Part shown: piece after piece, positions 15,944 to 25,076 of the stretch | Numbering within the stretch: position 1 is the stretch's first letter | How the letters are laid out: each line of letters starts with the position of its first letter | Assembly (NCBI RefSeq): GCF_001481685.1 | Contig: NZ_CP006867.1 | Location: 420,001 to 452,000, forward strand | Direction: 5' to 3' | Source of the DNA: Ignicoccus islandicus DSM 13165 | Lineage (GTDB): Archaea > Thermoproteota > Thermoprotei_A > Sulfolobales > Ignicoccaceae | DNA: 32,000 nt | The notes under the pieces: generated by a model | What the model was told of the DNA's origin: nothing | The model's database searches: none | Seen by the model: only the letters and a program-made list of their open reading frames with translations | Translations under genes and position numbers: made by a program

Positions 15944-17239
15944 ATGTGTGGCATCGCTGCTGCGGGTAGGGCCGACGAAGTCTTCGTGCTTCTGGAAGGA
16001 CTCCAACACAGAGGGCAAGAGAGTGCCGGGATTGCGTGGATCGAAGGCAATGAGATAAAGTTCGTTGGAGGTTTGGGAATGGTAAAGGAAGCTATAAGGG
16101 AAATACCGGATAGAGGGCCTGCAATAGGTCACGTGAGGTACTCCACTTCCGGGGGTTACTCGAACGTCCAACCGGTTTACAACAAGAAAATTGCATTAGC
16201 TTTCAATGGAAATATAGTGAACTTCTTTCAACTAGCTAACGCTCGTTGGGACGCGGAAGCGCTGTTGCTCGCGATAACTTCTGAGATTACGAAGGGAAAA
16301 GATCTGTTTAGCGCAACTAAAGAGGTGCTCGGAAAGGCCAAGGGAAGTTATAGTTTGGTTCTACTTCATAACTCCGGGAGGGTTATAATCGCTAGAGACC
16401 CGTATGGCTTCAGGCCGTTAGCAATTAACCCACCGTACGTGGCATCGGAAACGGCCGCCCTCGAGGACATTGGATTGAATTGGATCGAAGTTGCCCCCAA
16501 TAGAATAATTGAAATTGAAGGGGAATTCGTCGTAAGGGAAGAGGAAATTGTTGAAAGTAGTAAAAGGGCTTATTGTGCGTTCGAGTACGTTTACTTCCAA
16601 AGGCCGGAGAGCTACTTCAATGGAGTAAACGTTCACGAAAGCAGAAAGAGAATGGGATATATTTTGGCTCGCGAAAAGCCTGCAGACGGAGACGTGGTTA
16701 TACCAGTTCCCGATTCAGGGAGGAGCGCAGCAATAGGCTTTTCTATTTACTCAAAGATACCGTTGGACGAGGGCTTGGTTAAGAACAGATACGTCGGCAG
16801 GAGCTTCATTATGCCCCCTACCCTAAGGGAACAGATAACCTTGAAGAAATACGGTGTTGTGAGAGAAGTGGTTGAAGGTAAGAGGGTCGTCTTAGTTGAC
16901 GATAGCATCGTTAGAGGTACTACCATGAAGAAAATTGTGAGAATGATAAAGGAAAAAGGAGCGAGGGAAGTTCACGTAAGGGTAGCTTCGCCACCGGTCA
17001 GGGCCCCATGTTATATGGGAATAGACTTCCCTACTAAAGAAGAATTGATCGCTTCCAGATATAATGAGGAAGAGATGGCTCGGTTATGGAACGCAGATAG
17101 CGTAGGTTACTTGAGCGTGGAGGGCCTCAAGGAAGCTATAGGCTTGGGTAACGATCTCTGCTTGGCTTGCTTCACTGGAGTATATCCCTTTAAGATAAGC
17201 GAGGACGAAGTTAGGGCCTTTTTGAGGACTCATAGGTAA
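15944..17239 (+). CDS. purF: amidophosphoribosyltransferase (glutamine PRPP amidotransferase)
   Basis: The N-terminal MCGIAA carries the Ntn nucleophile Cys. The PRTase loop is VVLVDDSIVRGTT. The Fe-S cysteines are in PCYMGID and CLACFTGVYP. Confidence 0.93.
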   Translation: MCGIAAAGRADEVFVLLEGLQHRGQESAGIAWIEGNEIKFVGGLGMVKEAIREIPDRGPAIGHVRYSTSGGYSNVQPVYNKKIALAFNGNIVNFFQLANARWDAEALLLAITSEITKGKDLFSATKEVLGKAKGSYSLVLLHNSGRVIIARDPYGFRPLAINPPYVASETAALEDIGLNWIEVAPNRIIEIEGEFVVREEEIVESSKRAYCAFEYVYFQRPESYFNGVNVHESRKRMGYILAREKPADGDVVIPVPDSGRSAAIGFSIYSKIPLDEGLVKNRYVGRSFIMPPTLREQITLKKYGVVREVVEGKRVVLVDDSIVRGTTMKKIVRMIKEKGAREVHVRVASPPVRAPCYMGIDFPTKEELIASRYNEEEMARLWNADSVGYLSVEGLKEAIGLGNDLCLACFTGVYPFKISEDEVRAFLRTHR

Positions 17240-17245
17240 AGGCAA

Positions 17246-18205
17246 TCATAATGGGATTAGCTTATCTACAGTTCCCCTCATCTTACCCTTTACCCAGAGT
17301 AACCTGATACCCATTACTAACACGTCCTTGAATTTTCCCGTTTCGAACTCTAGTTCCTTAGCTTCGCCTTCGTTTAGTTCTCCCAAGTCCTTTCTATCCA
17401 ATACTGCGCCCGACGAATACAGAATTACCAGAACCTTGTCTGCCTTGGACCCCTCGTTCTTGATAACTATTTTTATCTTGTTGCTAGATCGGTCGGTTTC
17501 CAAAGTTAGCTTAGGGAGGTTATATGAAAAGGAACCGAGAACGAGGGTTAGCGGAACGAATTCGCTCGTTCCCTCTAAGGCGTATCCACCTCCTTTGGAG
17601 CATTCCAACTCTATCTCCTCGGTTCCAACGAACGAAACCTCGCTTACGCACGGTCCAACCTTGGCCTTGATGTTGTTCCTATCCCTTGAATACACGACTG
17701 AGTATATCTTACCGCTCTTCACAGGGTCTAACGAACCACTCAATGCTCTGAATGGTCTCATCGATACTCCGTAATAATAATGAGCTTGCCCCAAATCCTT
17801 GTAGGAATAGAAAACTACTATGCTTGATTGAATTACCTTAATTGGTGAGTTGCTATTATTAACGACCCTCAGCACTGGGTCACTCAACACTACGTGCTTA
17901 GTGGGCGTTACATCGAATATGAATTTATGAATTATAGAGTTACCCATGCTTCCAGAGAGCGTAGGCTTAAATTCCTTTGTTAGAGAGAAATCTCCTATAT
18001 ATACTCTCCAGTTTCGAGTCTCTCCGACGACTGTTAGATCCAAGAACATCTTCTCGATGCTTGCTTCTTCCGGTATAGTAAAACTTAGAGGGATGTCCGT
18101 ACTTCTCCTCGATTCACCGTTGAGGTCCTCAACCTTTAGGGACGTTACTATTTCGACACCACCGTCAATCTCAATGTCAGCGACTTTCAGAAGCTCTCCA
18201 ATCAT
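17246..18205 (-). CDS. hypothetical beta-rich protein (319 aa) with CARDB-like C-terminal segment and no signal peptide
   Basis: It is a long clean ORF with an ATG start. The C-terminal KIKIVIKNEGSKADKVLVILYSSGAVLDRKDLGELNEGEAKELEFE resembles CARDB/Ig-like adhesion folds. Confidence 0.6.
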   Translation of the reverse strand: MIGELLKVADIEIDGGVEIVTSLKVEDLNGESRRSTDIPLSFTIPEEASIEKMFLDLTVVGETRNWRVYIGDFSLTKEFKPTLSGSMGNSIIHKFIFDVTPTKHVVLSDPVLRVVNNSNSPIKVIQSSIVVFYSYKDLGQAHYYYGVSMRPFRALSGSLDPVKSGKIYSVVYSRDRNNIKAKVGPCVSEVSFVGTEEIELECSKGGGYALEGTSEFVPLTLVLGSFSYNLPKLTLETDRSSNKIKIVIKNEGSKADKVLVILYSSGAVLDRKDLGELNEGEAKELEFETGKFKDVLVMGIRLLWVKGKMRGTVDKLIPL

Positions 18206-18300
18206 TCACACTTACCGCTAGAAAACTTATTTTACGAATTTAAAAGAACTCCAAGGTACCCTCTACGAGAGCGGGATGAGTGATTACTCCCGGACTGATG

Positions 18301-18356
18301 AGTGATGAAAACTTACCCGAAGGACCGTTTCGCCATGAGGAGGCCTCGCGGTAATG
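18301..18356 (+). ncRNA. weak candidate C/D-box sRNA
   Basis: The layout is GTGATGA (C box), a 12-nt spacer, AGGA (degenerate D'), a 10-nt spacer, ATGAGGA (degenerate C'), a 12-nt spacer, then ATGA (degenerate D). The 12-nt spacings are the archaeal hallmark, but three of the four boxes are off consensus. Confidence 0.2.
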
Positions 18357-18444
18357 ATTCAATGATAGAACCGACTTCGGGACCGAGCGATACAAATTGT
18401 AGACTTCAAAAAGCCCTCCACTATGAGCCAATGGGGGAACTAAC

Positions 18445-19521
18445 TTGGGAGCAAGGAAGAAAGAAGCGCCACGACGAGGTTCAGCCGGTCTGAGGCCCAG
18501 GAAGAGAGCAGAGAGCCTCGTGCCTAGAGTTAGGTCGTGGCCTCAAGTGGATGTGGTCAAGCCCTTGGCCTTCCTTGGATATAAGGTAGGTATGACCCAT
18601 GCGATAATAGTCGACGACAGAGAGCACGTAGATACGGCCGGTCAAGAAATCTTCATGCCAGTGACAGTTATCGAAACTCCTCCAATGGTGGCCTTAGGCC
18701 TTAGGGTATATGGCTACGACCCTAACGTAGGTCATTACACACTGGGAGAGTTCTGGAAGGACCCAAGCGACAGCTTGAGGAACGCCTTCGGCGAAGACGT
18801 CCTAAGGAAATACCTACTAGGCTTCAGTAAGAGATTGCCGCATATGGTTGAACCACTGGGCTCAGGAAAGGGCTTCAAGCTTAACTTAAAGGAGAAGGAG
18901 ATAGACGTGGACCTCGACAAAGTTAAGAAGGTATCTCTTATAATGTCTACCATTCCTTTCTTAGCAGGCGGCGTTGAGAAGAAGGCCATAGACATCCTAG
19001 AGGTTAAGATAGGTGGTCAAGTACAAGAAGCGTTCGAGTACGCTAAAGGTAAGCTAGGTGGTCTAATAGACGTAGAAGAGGTAATTGAGGCAGGAAAGTT
19101 CGTAGATGTAATAGGTGTAACGAAAGGCAAGGGCTTCCAAGGAGTCATAAAGAGATTCGGAGTAAAGGAGCTTCCGAAATGGCATAAGCACAGGAAAGGC
19201 TCTAGGAGGGTCGGTGCGAGGTCTTCCGGTAGAGGAACCTCGAGTTACGTCCCTCAGCCCGGTCAAATGGGCTTCCACAGAAGGACCGACTACAATAAGA
19301 GAGTAATAATGATAAGCGATGATCCCTCTAAGATCAACGTAGCCGGTGGTTGGCTCCACTATGGCTTAGTTAAGAGTAAGTACGTGGTACTCGCTGGAAG
19401 CGTATTTGGACCTCCAAAGAGACCAATAATATTAAGGCTACCCGTGAGACCTCCGAGCTGGGAGCCGGCTGGAGCGCCACCCATCCGCTACATAAGTTTA
19501 AGTTCCAAACAAGGCAATTGA
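18445..19521 (+). CDS. rpl3p: 50S ribosomal protein uL3 (L3p)
   Basis: The sequence is MGARKKEAPRRGSAGLRPRKRA...LGYKVGMTH...GKGFQGVIKRFGV. A TTG start at 18445 aligns with the usual MG...PRRGS N-terminus. Confidence 0.93.
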   Translation: MGARKKEAPRRGSAGLRPRKRAESLVPRVRSWPQVDVVKPLAFLGYKVGMTHAIIVDDREHVDTAGQEIFMPVTVIETPPMVALGLRVYGYDPNVGHYTLGEFWKDPSDSLRNAFGEDVLRKYLLGFSKRLPHMVEPLGSGKGFKLNLKEKEIDVDLDKVKKVSLIMSTIPFLAGGVEKKAIDILEVKIGGQVQEAFEYAKGKLGGLIDVEEVIEAGKFVDVIGVTKGKGFQGVIKRFGVKELPKWHKHRKGSRRVGARSSGRGTSSYVPQPGQMGFHRRTDYNKRVIMISDDPSKINVAGGWLHYGLVKSKYVVLAGSVFGPPKRPIILRLPVRPPSWEPAGAPPIRYISLSSKQGN

Positions 19522-19531
19522 GGTGGTTTAG

Positions 19532-20347
19532 ATGTACGGTAACATATGGCTTGAAGGAAGGGTTTTAGGCCTAGAGGACCTCAAGAGGCCATTATATAAT
19601 CTCAATGGGGAGCAAGTAGACGAAATAGAACTGCCACCTACCTTCATGGTACCTGTAAGGACGGATCTGATAAGAAGGGCGTTCTTGAGCGCCTTCACTG
19701 CAAGGCTTCAACCGAAGGGAAGAGACCCAATGGCTGGAAAGAGGACTACTGCAGAGAGCCTCGGTATAGGTTACGGTATGGCAAGAGTACCTAGGATAAA
19801 GAACAGCAGCAGAGCTGCGTTCATTAACTCAGCCAGAGGAGGCCACTTGGCGTTCCCTCCTAGGCCCGATAAGATACTCCATGAGAGGATAAACAAGAAG
19901 GAAAGGAGAATGGCAATAATAAGTGCCCTGGCTGCGACTGCTAGAAAGGAATTCGTGGAAGCTAGGGGTCACGCAATAGCTAACGTTAAGAGCTTTCCAA
20001 TAATAGTAGTAGAGGACCTAGAAAACGTCTCAAAGGCCAAAGAGCTTAGGGAGATATTCGTAAAGCTAGGGATATGGGACGACGTCGAGAGAGCTGCCGA
20101 ATGGAGGCAAAGGAGTACCAAAGGTAAGATGAGGGGAAGGAGATACAAGAAGAGAGTTGGTCCCTTACTAATAATTTCGAATGAAGACGCTCCCGTGAGA
20201 AAGGGAATAGGAGCATTTCCTGGCACCGAGGCCGTTGCAGTGCGCTTACTAAGCGTTAAGCACTTAGCTCCGGGAGGCGTTCCCGGAAGGTTAACCGTAA
20301 TTACCAAGCCCGCGCTCGAGGAGATAGGGAGGAGGTTCGCGCCATGA
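19532..20347 (+). CDS. rpl4p: 50S ribosomal protein uL4 (L4p)
   Basis: The sequence contains [34 protein letters not shown] precedes the start and the gene directly follows uL3. Confidence 0.92.
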   Translation: MYGNIWLEGRVLGLEDLKRPLYNLNGEQVDEIELPPTFMVPVRTDLIRRAFLSAFTARLQPKGRDPMAGKRTTAESLGIGYGMARVPRIKNSSRAAFINSARGGHLAFPPRPDKILHERINKKERRMAIISALAATARKEFVEARGHAIANVKSFPIIVVEDLENVSKAKELREIFVKLGIWDDVERAAEWRQRSTKGKMRGRRYKKRVGPLLIISNEDAPVRKGIGAFPGTEAVAVRLLSVKHLAPGGVPGRLTVITKPALEEIGRRFAP

Positions 20348-20604
20348 GGCCTGAAGATGTTATAATAAGAGTTCATCACACTGAAAAGACTCTAGCCCTA
20401 ATAACAAACAACAATACCTTGACATTCATAGTCGATAGGAGAGCCAATAAGAGGGACGTTAAGAGAGCTGTCGAAGAGCTCTATCAAGTGAAGGTAGAGA
20501 AAGTTAATACTCTCATAACGCCTACGGGAGAGAAGAAGGCATACGTCAAACTAAAACCAGAGTACAGTGCGGAAGAGTTGGCCTCGAGATTAGGTCTACT
20601 CTAA
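20344..20604 (+). CDS. rpl23p: 50S ribosomal protein uL23 (L23p)
   Basis: The sequence is [10 protein letters not shown]...[44 protein letters not shown]. The start overlaps the uL4 stop by 4 nt. Confidence 0.92.
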   Translation: MRPEDVIIRVHHTEKTLALITNNNTLTFIVDRRANKRDVKRAVEELYQVKVEKVNTLITPTGEKKAYVKLKPEYSAEELASRLGLL

Positions 20605-20655
20605 AAATACATTTTATTTCCTCCACGTTCCTCTATTGGTTCTCGGGTAGGATCT

Positions 20656-21330
20656 TTGGATCCAAAGTTAACGGCAGCTAGGATGGCATTAGAGGAGGTC
20701 CTTAAAAGGCAGCCAAAGATACTAGGGGTTGGCTCAGGCACTACAGTCCATAAGTTTATAGACGAACTCTCTAGGTCCGAGTTCACGGGGAAAGTAGTTT
20801 CCACTAGCTTCGACACTACCTTAAGATTGAAGGAGAAGGGGTTCGAAGTAGTTGACCTAATGAGCGTTAATCGAATAGACGTAAGCGTAGACGGGGCAGA
20901 CGAAGTTTCCACTGAACCCCTTTCCTTAATAAAAGGGGGGGGTGCTGCCTTACTTAGAGAAAAGGTCGTAGCCGAGCTCTCCTCTTTTAGGATATACATC
21001 GTTGATCCTTCGAAGGTAGTTGAGAAGCCTTGCGACAGGGGCGTACCAATACCGATAGAGGTGGTTCCAGTAAGTTTAAGTGCTGTTACGAAGAACCTTG
21101 AGAGATTAGGGGTTAAATGGAGCGTTAGGACAGGGAGCGGCAAGTTAGGACCCGTAATAACCGATAACGGGAACCTCGTTCTAGATCTTGAATGCAATAG
21201 AGCTTGGGAACTTCTAGAGGAAATCAAATCTCTTAACGGCGTTGCCGCGGTTGGCGTTTTCGAAAGAGACTTGATAGACTTGGTAATAGTGAGCGATGGA
21301 AGGAAATATGGCAAGGATACGATGCAATGA
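20656..21330 (+). CDS. rpiA: ribose-5-phosphate isomerase A
   Basis: Motifs present are ILGVGSGTT, VSVDGADEV and IKGGGAALLREK. The start is TTG, with a TATA-like ATTTTATTT about 40 nt upstream. Confidence 0.9.
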   Translation: MDPKLTAARMALEEVLKRQPKILGVGSGTTVHKFIDELSRSEFTGKVVSTSFDTTLRLKEKGFEVVDLMSVNRIDVSVDGADEVSTEPLSLIKGGGAALLREKVVAELSSFRIYIVDPSKVVEKPCDRGVPIPIEVVPVSLSAVTKNLERLGVKWSVRTGSGKLGPVITDNGNLVLDLECNRAWELLEEIKSLNGVAAVGVFERDLIDLVIVSDGRKYGKDTMQ

Positions 21331-21799
21331 GAGGAGGGGTTTTCTTCCCGTTACGCAAATAGATGCACAAGGGCTAGCGTTCTACGTGTACAAGGGCAGC
21401 GAGGACTACGTCCTCGATGAAGACTTCTGTACATGTAAAAGCTTTATAAAGAACTTAGCCAAGGGTAAGAGGAACGGATGTAAACACATTTGCTCAAATA
21501 AGAGAATAGTGAAAGTAGTTGAAATTAGTAGGGAGGAAGCGTACGACATAATAACATCTGTATTAATCTACGGACAGAGCTCGTATTTGAGGCTCCTCGA
21601 AAAGGAACGCACTAATAAGTCATTACGCGACCCCATCTCTTCGGGAAGCGAAAGTGGGAAGGAGGAAGAGGAGGAAGAAAATAATAAGACGAAGGCCGAC
21701 GTTGCCGAACGTCTTTCAATGTCCTCACTGCGGAGCTCAAACCCTAATAATAGACATAGTTACCAACAAGAGGGAGGGTACGAGGAAGGCGATAATTAG
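21296..21799 (+). CDS. SWIM-type zinc-finger protein (C-terminal extent doubtful)
   Basis: It has the CxC-x14-CxH signature (CTCKSFIKNLAKGKRNGCKH). The last roughly 48 codons are low-complexity acidic sequence and overlap the Elf1 gene in another frame. Confidence 0.6.
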   Translation: MEGNMARIRCNERRGFLPVTQIDAQGLAFYVYKGSEDYVLDEDFCTCKSFIKNLAKGKRNGCKHICSNKRIVKVVEISREEAYDIITSVLIYGQSSYLRLLEKERTNKSLRDPISSGSESGKEEEEEENNKTKADVAERLSMSSLRSSNPNNRHSYQQEGGYEEGDN

Positions 21800-21941
21800 G
21801 TGTGGAACGTGCCACTTATACTATGAGATAGATGTAACGGACAATCCGTTAGCTGATAAGGCTTGGGTCTACGGCAAGTTCATAGACGCTTACTACGAAG
21901 GTAGGGTACCGCTACCCGAGTCAGAAGAGGCCGAAGAGTAA
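21654..21941 (+). CDS. elf1: transcription elongation factor Elf1 homologue (zinc ribbon)
   Basis: It has a basic N-terminus (MGRRKRRKKIIRRRP), then FQCPHCG-x21-CGTC, then ...VYGKFIDAYYEG. This architecture matches eukaryotic and TACK-archaeal Elf1. The start is GTG. Confidence 0.8.
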   Translation: MGRRKRRKKIIRRRPTLPNVFQCPHCGAQTLIIDIVTNKREGTRKAIIRCGTCHLYYEIDVTDNPLADKAWVYGKFIDAYYEGRVPLPESEEAEE

Positions 21942-21988
21942 ATAGCATTAAGAAGGCCCTCGTTTGCGAAACTGCTTGGGACGAGATT

Positions 21989-24127
21989 TTGCCTCTTACT
22001 AAGGAGGAGATCGAGGAAATAAGGAGAACGTTAGGGAGGGAACCTAATCAAGTTGAATTGGCAATGTTCGAAGCCCAGTGGAGCGAGCACTGTTCCTATA
22101 AAAGTTCGAAGAAGCACTTAAGGAAACTTAGCATGGAATCGCCGTGGGTAGTTAAAGGAGGAGATGCAGCGGTAGTGGACTTCGGGCCAGTGTATGTGGC
22201 TTTCAGAATAGAAAGTCATAACCACCCATCGGCAGTAGATCCCTATAACGGGGCGGCAACGGGCGTAGGAGGTATAGTAAGAGATATATTGAGTTCTGGT
22301 GCGAAACCTATAGCTTTACTAGACGACTTGATCTTCGGCGACTTAAGGGAATACAAGGTAAAGTGGCACGTAAGAGGTGTGGTTAAGGGCATCTCCGACT
22401 ATGGAAATAGAATAGGGGTCCCTACGGTAGGTGGAGAGACGTGGTTCGATCCAAGCTTCACGAACAACCCTATGGTTTCGGTCGCATGCGTGGGGGTATG
22501 TCCAAAGAATAAACTGATAAATGGAACACCGAAGCCGGGACATCTAATAGTAATCGCGGGCAATTACACGGGTAAAGACGGACTACTCGGCTCCTCTTTC
22601 GCTTCTAAGTCATTGGAAGAGGGCGTAGAGGAAGAGTACGCGGCAATACAAGTCCCAGACCCGGTCATGGAGAAGCTACTAATAGACAGCATCTTAGAGC
22701 TCAGGGACAAGGACTTACTTGTGTTCGTAAAGGACTTAGGTGGCGGAGGCCTGGCCACTGCGATCAGTGAGACAGCTGCGTCTTTCGGTCTAGGAGCCGA
22801 GGTGGAGCTCGATAAGCTTCACTTAAGGGAACCCATGGAAGCTTGGCAAATAATAGTTTCGGAAAGTCAAGAAAGAATGATGTTAGTTATTGAAAAAGAG
22901 AAGTTACCGGAAGTCGCGAGGGTACTAGAGAAGTACGATGTCCCGTATAGCGTAATAGGTCGCTTCACCAATACTCGCGAAATCGTTGTTAAATTCAATG
23001 GCGAGATTGTGGCCAGAGTTCCAGCTGACTTCTTAGCAGAAGGGCCCGAACTAGACAGACCCTATAAGAGACCGGAATGGCATTTGGAGTTGGAAAAGCC
23101 CTTTGAGATACCTCCATTTGACTTAGAGAAGGCAATAAGAAGCGTATTGGGTTCGCCCAACGTAGCTTCCAAACGTTGGATATACGAGCAATACGACCAC
23201 GAAGTCCAAATAAGAACAGTAATTAAGCCTGGAGAAGGCGATGCTGCCGTTTTGAGACTATTAGAGGCGCCCCCATTGGGAATAGCCGTAGCAACCGACT
23301 CCAATCCCCGCTATACGTACCTAGACCCCCTCTATGGGGCCGCTAACGTGTTCCTCGAAGCATATAGGAACGTAGTAGCGAGCGGTGGGAAGCCAATGGC
23401 TGCCGTAGACCAAATAGACGCCGGAAACCCCGAGCTCCCGGATAGGTTCTGGTTCTTCGTTAGAATGGTGGAGGGACTAGCTTGGGTTGAGAGGCAAGTC
23501 AACGTACCTATAGTTGGGGGCAAAGTTAGTTTCTATAACGAGGATGAGGTCACTGGAACCCAGATCAAACCAACCGTAATGATTACAATGATAGGGAAGG
23601 TTGAGGACGTAACGAAGGCGAAGAGGGCTATGGCGGAGGAAGGGGATAAGCTCGTGATCGTGGGCGAAACTTACCCTGAATTGGGCGGTAGCGAGTTCCT
23701 ATGGACTGTCTTCGGAAAAGTTCAAGGGAAAGTACCAATACCGAGGCCGAAGTTGGAAATGGAAACTGCGCGTAAGGTCTTGAGCGTTGTCGGCTTGGAA
23801 GGCGTAACCGGAATTCACGACATCGGTCCTGGAGGGTTAGTGGTTGCTGCAGCTGAAATGGGTAAGGGAATTGGTGTTAGGTTAACAGTTGAAAACGTAC
23901 CCGGCAAATGGAGCCAGCCTTACGAGGCGCTCTTCTCGGAGAGCGGCGCGCGATATTTGATAGCGGTTAAAGAGGATGCGGTCGAGGAAGTTCTCGAAAA
24001 GACGGACGGGAAGGTTATAGGCGAATTCGGCGGCAATACCCTCGAGATAAACCTCGGAAAGAGGAGCGTAACTATAGATGACTTCGAAGAACTACTAGAG
24101 AGGGGCTTCGAGAAGTGGTTGGGATGA
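21989..24127 (+). CDS. purL: phosphoribosylformylglycinamidine synthase subunit II
   Basis: Motifs present are LGREPNQVELAMFEAQWSEHCSYKSS and ESHNHPSAVDPYNGAATGVGGIVRD. At 712 aa it is typical of small-type PurL. The start is TTG. Confidence 0.93.
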   Translation: MPLTKEEIEEIRRTLGREPNQVELAMFEAQWSEHCSYKSSKKHLRKLSMESPWVVKGGDAAVVDFGPVYVAFRIESHNHPSAVDPYNGAATGVGGIVRDILSSGAKPIALLDDLIFGDLREYKVKWHVRGVVKGISDYGNRIGVPTVGGETWFDPSFTNNPMVSVACVGVCPKNKLINGTPKPGHLIVIAGNYTGKDGLLGSSFASKSLEEGVEEEYAAIQVPDPVMEKLLIDSILELRDKDLLVFVKDLGGGGLATAISETAASFGLGAEVELDKLHLREPMEAWQIIVSESQERMMLVIEKEKLPEVARVLEKYDVPYSVIGRFTNTREIVVKFNGEIVARVPADFLAEGPELDRPYKRPEWHLELEKPFEIPPFDLEKAIRSVLGSPNVASKRWIYEQYDHEVQIRTVIKPGEGDAAVLRLLEAPPLGIAVATDSNPRYTYLDPLYGAANVFLEAYRNVVASGGKPMAAVDQIDAGNPELPDRFWFFVRMVEGLAWVERQVNVPIVGGKVSFYNEDEVTGTQIKPTVMITMIGKVEDVTKAKRAMAEEGDKLVIVGETYPELGGSEFLWTVFGKVQGKVPIPRPKLEMETARKVLSVVGLEGVTGIHDIGPGGLVVAAAEMGKGIGVRLTVENVPGKWSQPYEALFSESGARYLIAVKEDAVEEVLEKTDGKVIGEFGGNTLEINLGKRSVTIDDFEELLERGFEKWLG

Positions 24128-24183
24128 GCGTTCGCCACGGATCCGATTTTCGATGAGGAAGGCTTGTGTTAGCGACCAGTAGT

Positions 24184-25032
24184 TTAAGGCTTAGCCTCGT
24201 TCTTTCTTTCACTTCCTTGACTAGCTAACCTGTCTCCCAATTCAGCATAGAACGAAGAGGCCTCGATTACCATCCCCTTGGCGAAGGGATAGTAATCGTT
24301 GTATCCGGCAATTTCCATGAGTAACGAATACAAGCCCGTTAGACCCAGGAAGAATTGAATTCCTTGCTCTTCTAAGTTCTTTAACGTTAATCCGAAGCTG
24401 TCAACTTGTTCAATTAAGTTAACCGCTGCAACGGACGTTATCGTAGCTAGTACGTTACCTAATTCAAAGGGATTTGGGGACATTAAGTAAGAGGAAATCA
24501 AGTCACTAGCTTTTCGAGGAACCTTCTTAGGAACTTCCGTAAACACAGATACTTTAGCTCCCAAGAGGAAGAAGAGCAACGCAAACACGATGCCCTTGTC
24601 CTCGAAGTTCTTGAGTAAAACGTCCTTCGGAGCAACTCCAACGAACACGAAGGGACCTTTTGGAGGAGTTAGGCCTTCTAAATTCATTGAATCCATCTTC
24701 TTAAAGGCTTCTAATAACTGCTTCCTATCCGTCTCTAAGAGGGATACAGTGAATATAACGAAGTTTTGACCTTCATAGAGGATTAAATCAATGGAACCTT
24801 CCTCCCCTTTATAGGTAGAGTTCAAAGCTAGCCTCAAGAACTCTTCCAATTGTTTAAAATCTCTTTCCTCTAGTATGCTCCACCTCTCTACGATATAAGG
24901 TAATAGAACGAAGTGCATGAGGGTAGGGGACTCGAATTCCCCTACGATATTGTATATCAAGTCCCTTGCAGTAGAGGCGTTCTCGATTATTTCGTTTAAC
25001 CTCTCAGTTACGTTGCGTTGTGAATTCGACAA
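24184..25032 (-). CDS. hypothetical protein (282 aa) with hydrophobic stretches in its C-terminal half
   Basis: It is a clean ORF with an ATG start, co-directional with and 44 nt downstream of the GT-C-like membrane protein. Confidence 0.55.
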   Translation of the reverse strand: MSNSQRNVTERLNEIIENASTARDLIYNIVGEFESPTLMHFVLLPYIVERWSILEERDFKQLEEFLRLALNSTYKGEEGSIDLILYEGQNFVIFTVSLLETDRKQLLEAFKKMDSMNLEGLTPPKGPFVFVGVAPKDVLLKNFEDKGIVFALLFFLLGAKVSVFTEVPKKVPRKASDLISSYLMSPNPFELGNVLATITSVAAVNLIEQVDSFGLTLKNLEEQGIQFFLGLTGLYSLLMEIAGYNDYYPFAKGMVIEASSFYAELGDRLASQGSERKNEAKP

Positions 25033-25076
25033 AGGATCTATCCACCGAAACCTATTGCGCTCAGTAAGTAATTACA

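Noticed and set aside
17328-17774. This and many other listed ORFs of 60-150 aa lie inside or antisense to confident genes. Examples are 536-817, 881-1132, 1879-2112, 2859-3236, 9127-9713, 12007-12243, 19969-20379, 22343-23523, 26648-27700, 29299-30378 and 31040-31702.
   Set aside because: Each lies within a longer ORF that has recognisable family motifs or better coding character. None has its own promoter or SD context. They are treated as shadow ORFs.
18302-18493. A 63-aa ORF spanning the L3 upstream gap and the L3 start, plus its antisense counterpart 18240-18431.
   Set aside because: It overlaps the conserved uL3 N-terminus in another frame and has no family resemblance. The region is better explained as leader or possible sRNA.
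20935-20942. A G8 homopolymer (AAAAGGGGGGGG) inside rpiA that could be a slippage or frameshift site.
   Set aside because: The frame is intact, and the run encodes the conserved K-G-G-G of the RpiA active-site loop. There is no evidence of shifting.
20601-21314. A 237-aa ORF antisense to almost the whole of rpiA.
   Set aside because: The plus-strand frame carries clear RpiA motifs. The antisense product is S/T/L/P-rich low-information sequence with no start context, as expected for a shadow frame opposite a GAR-rich gene.
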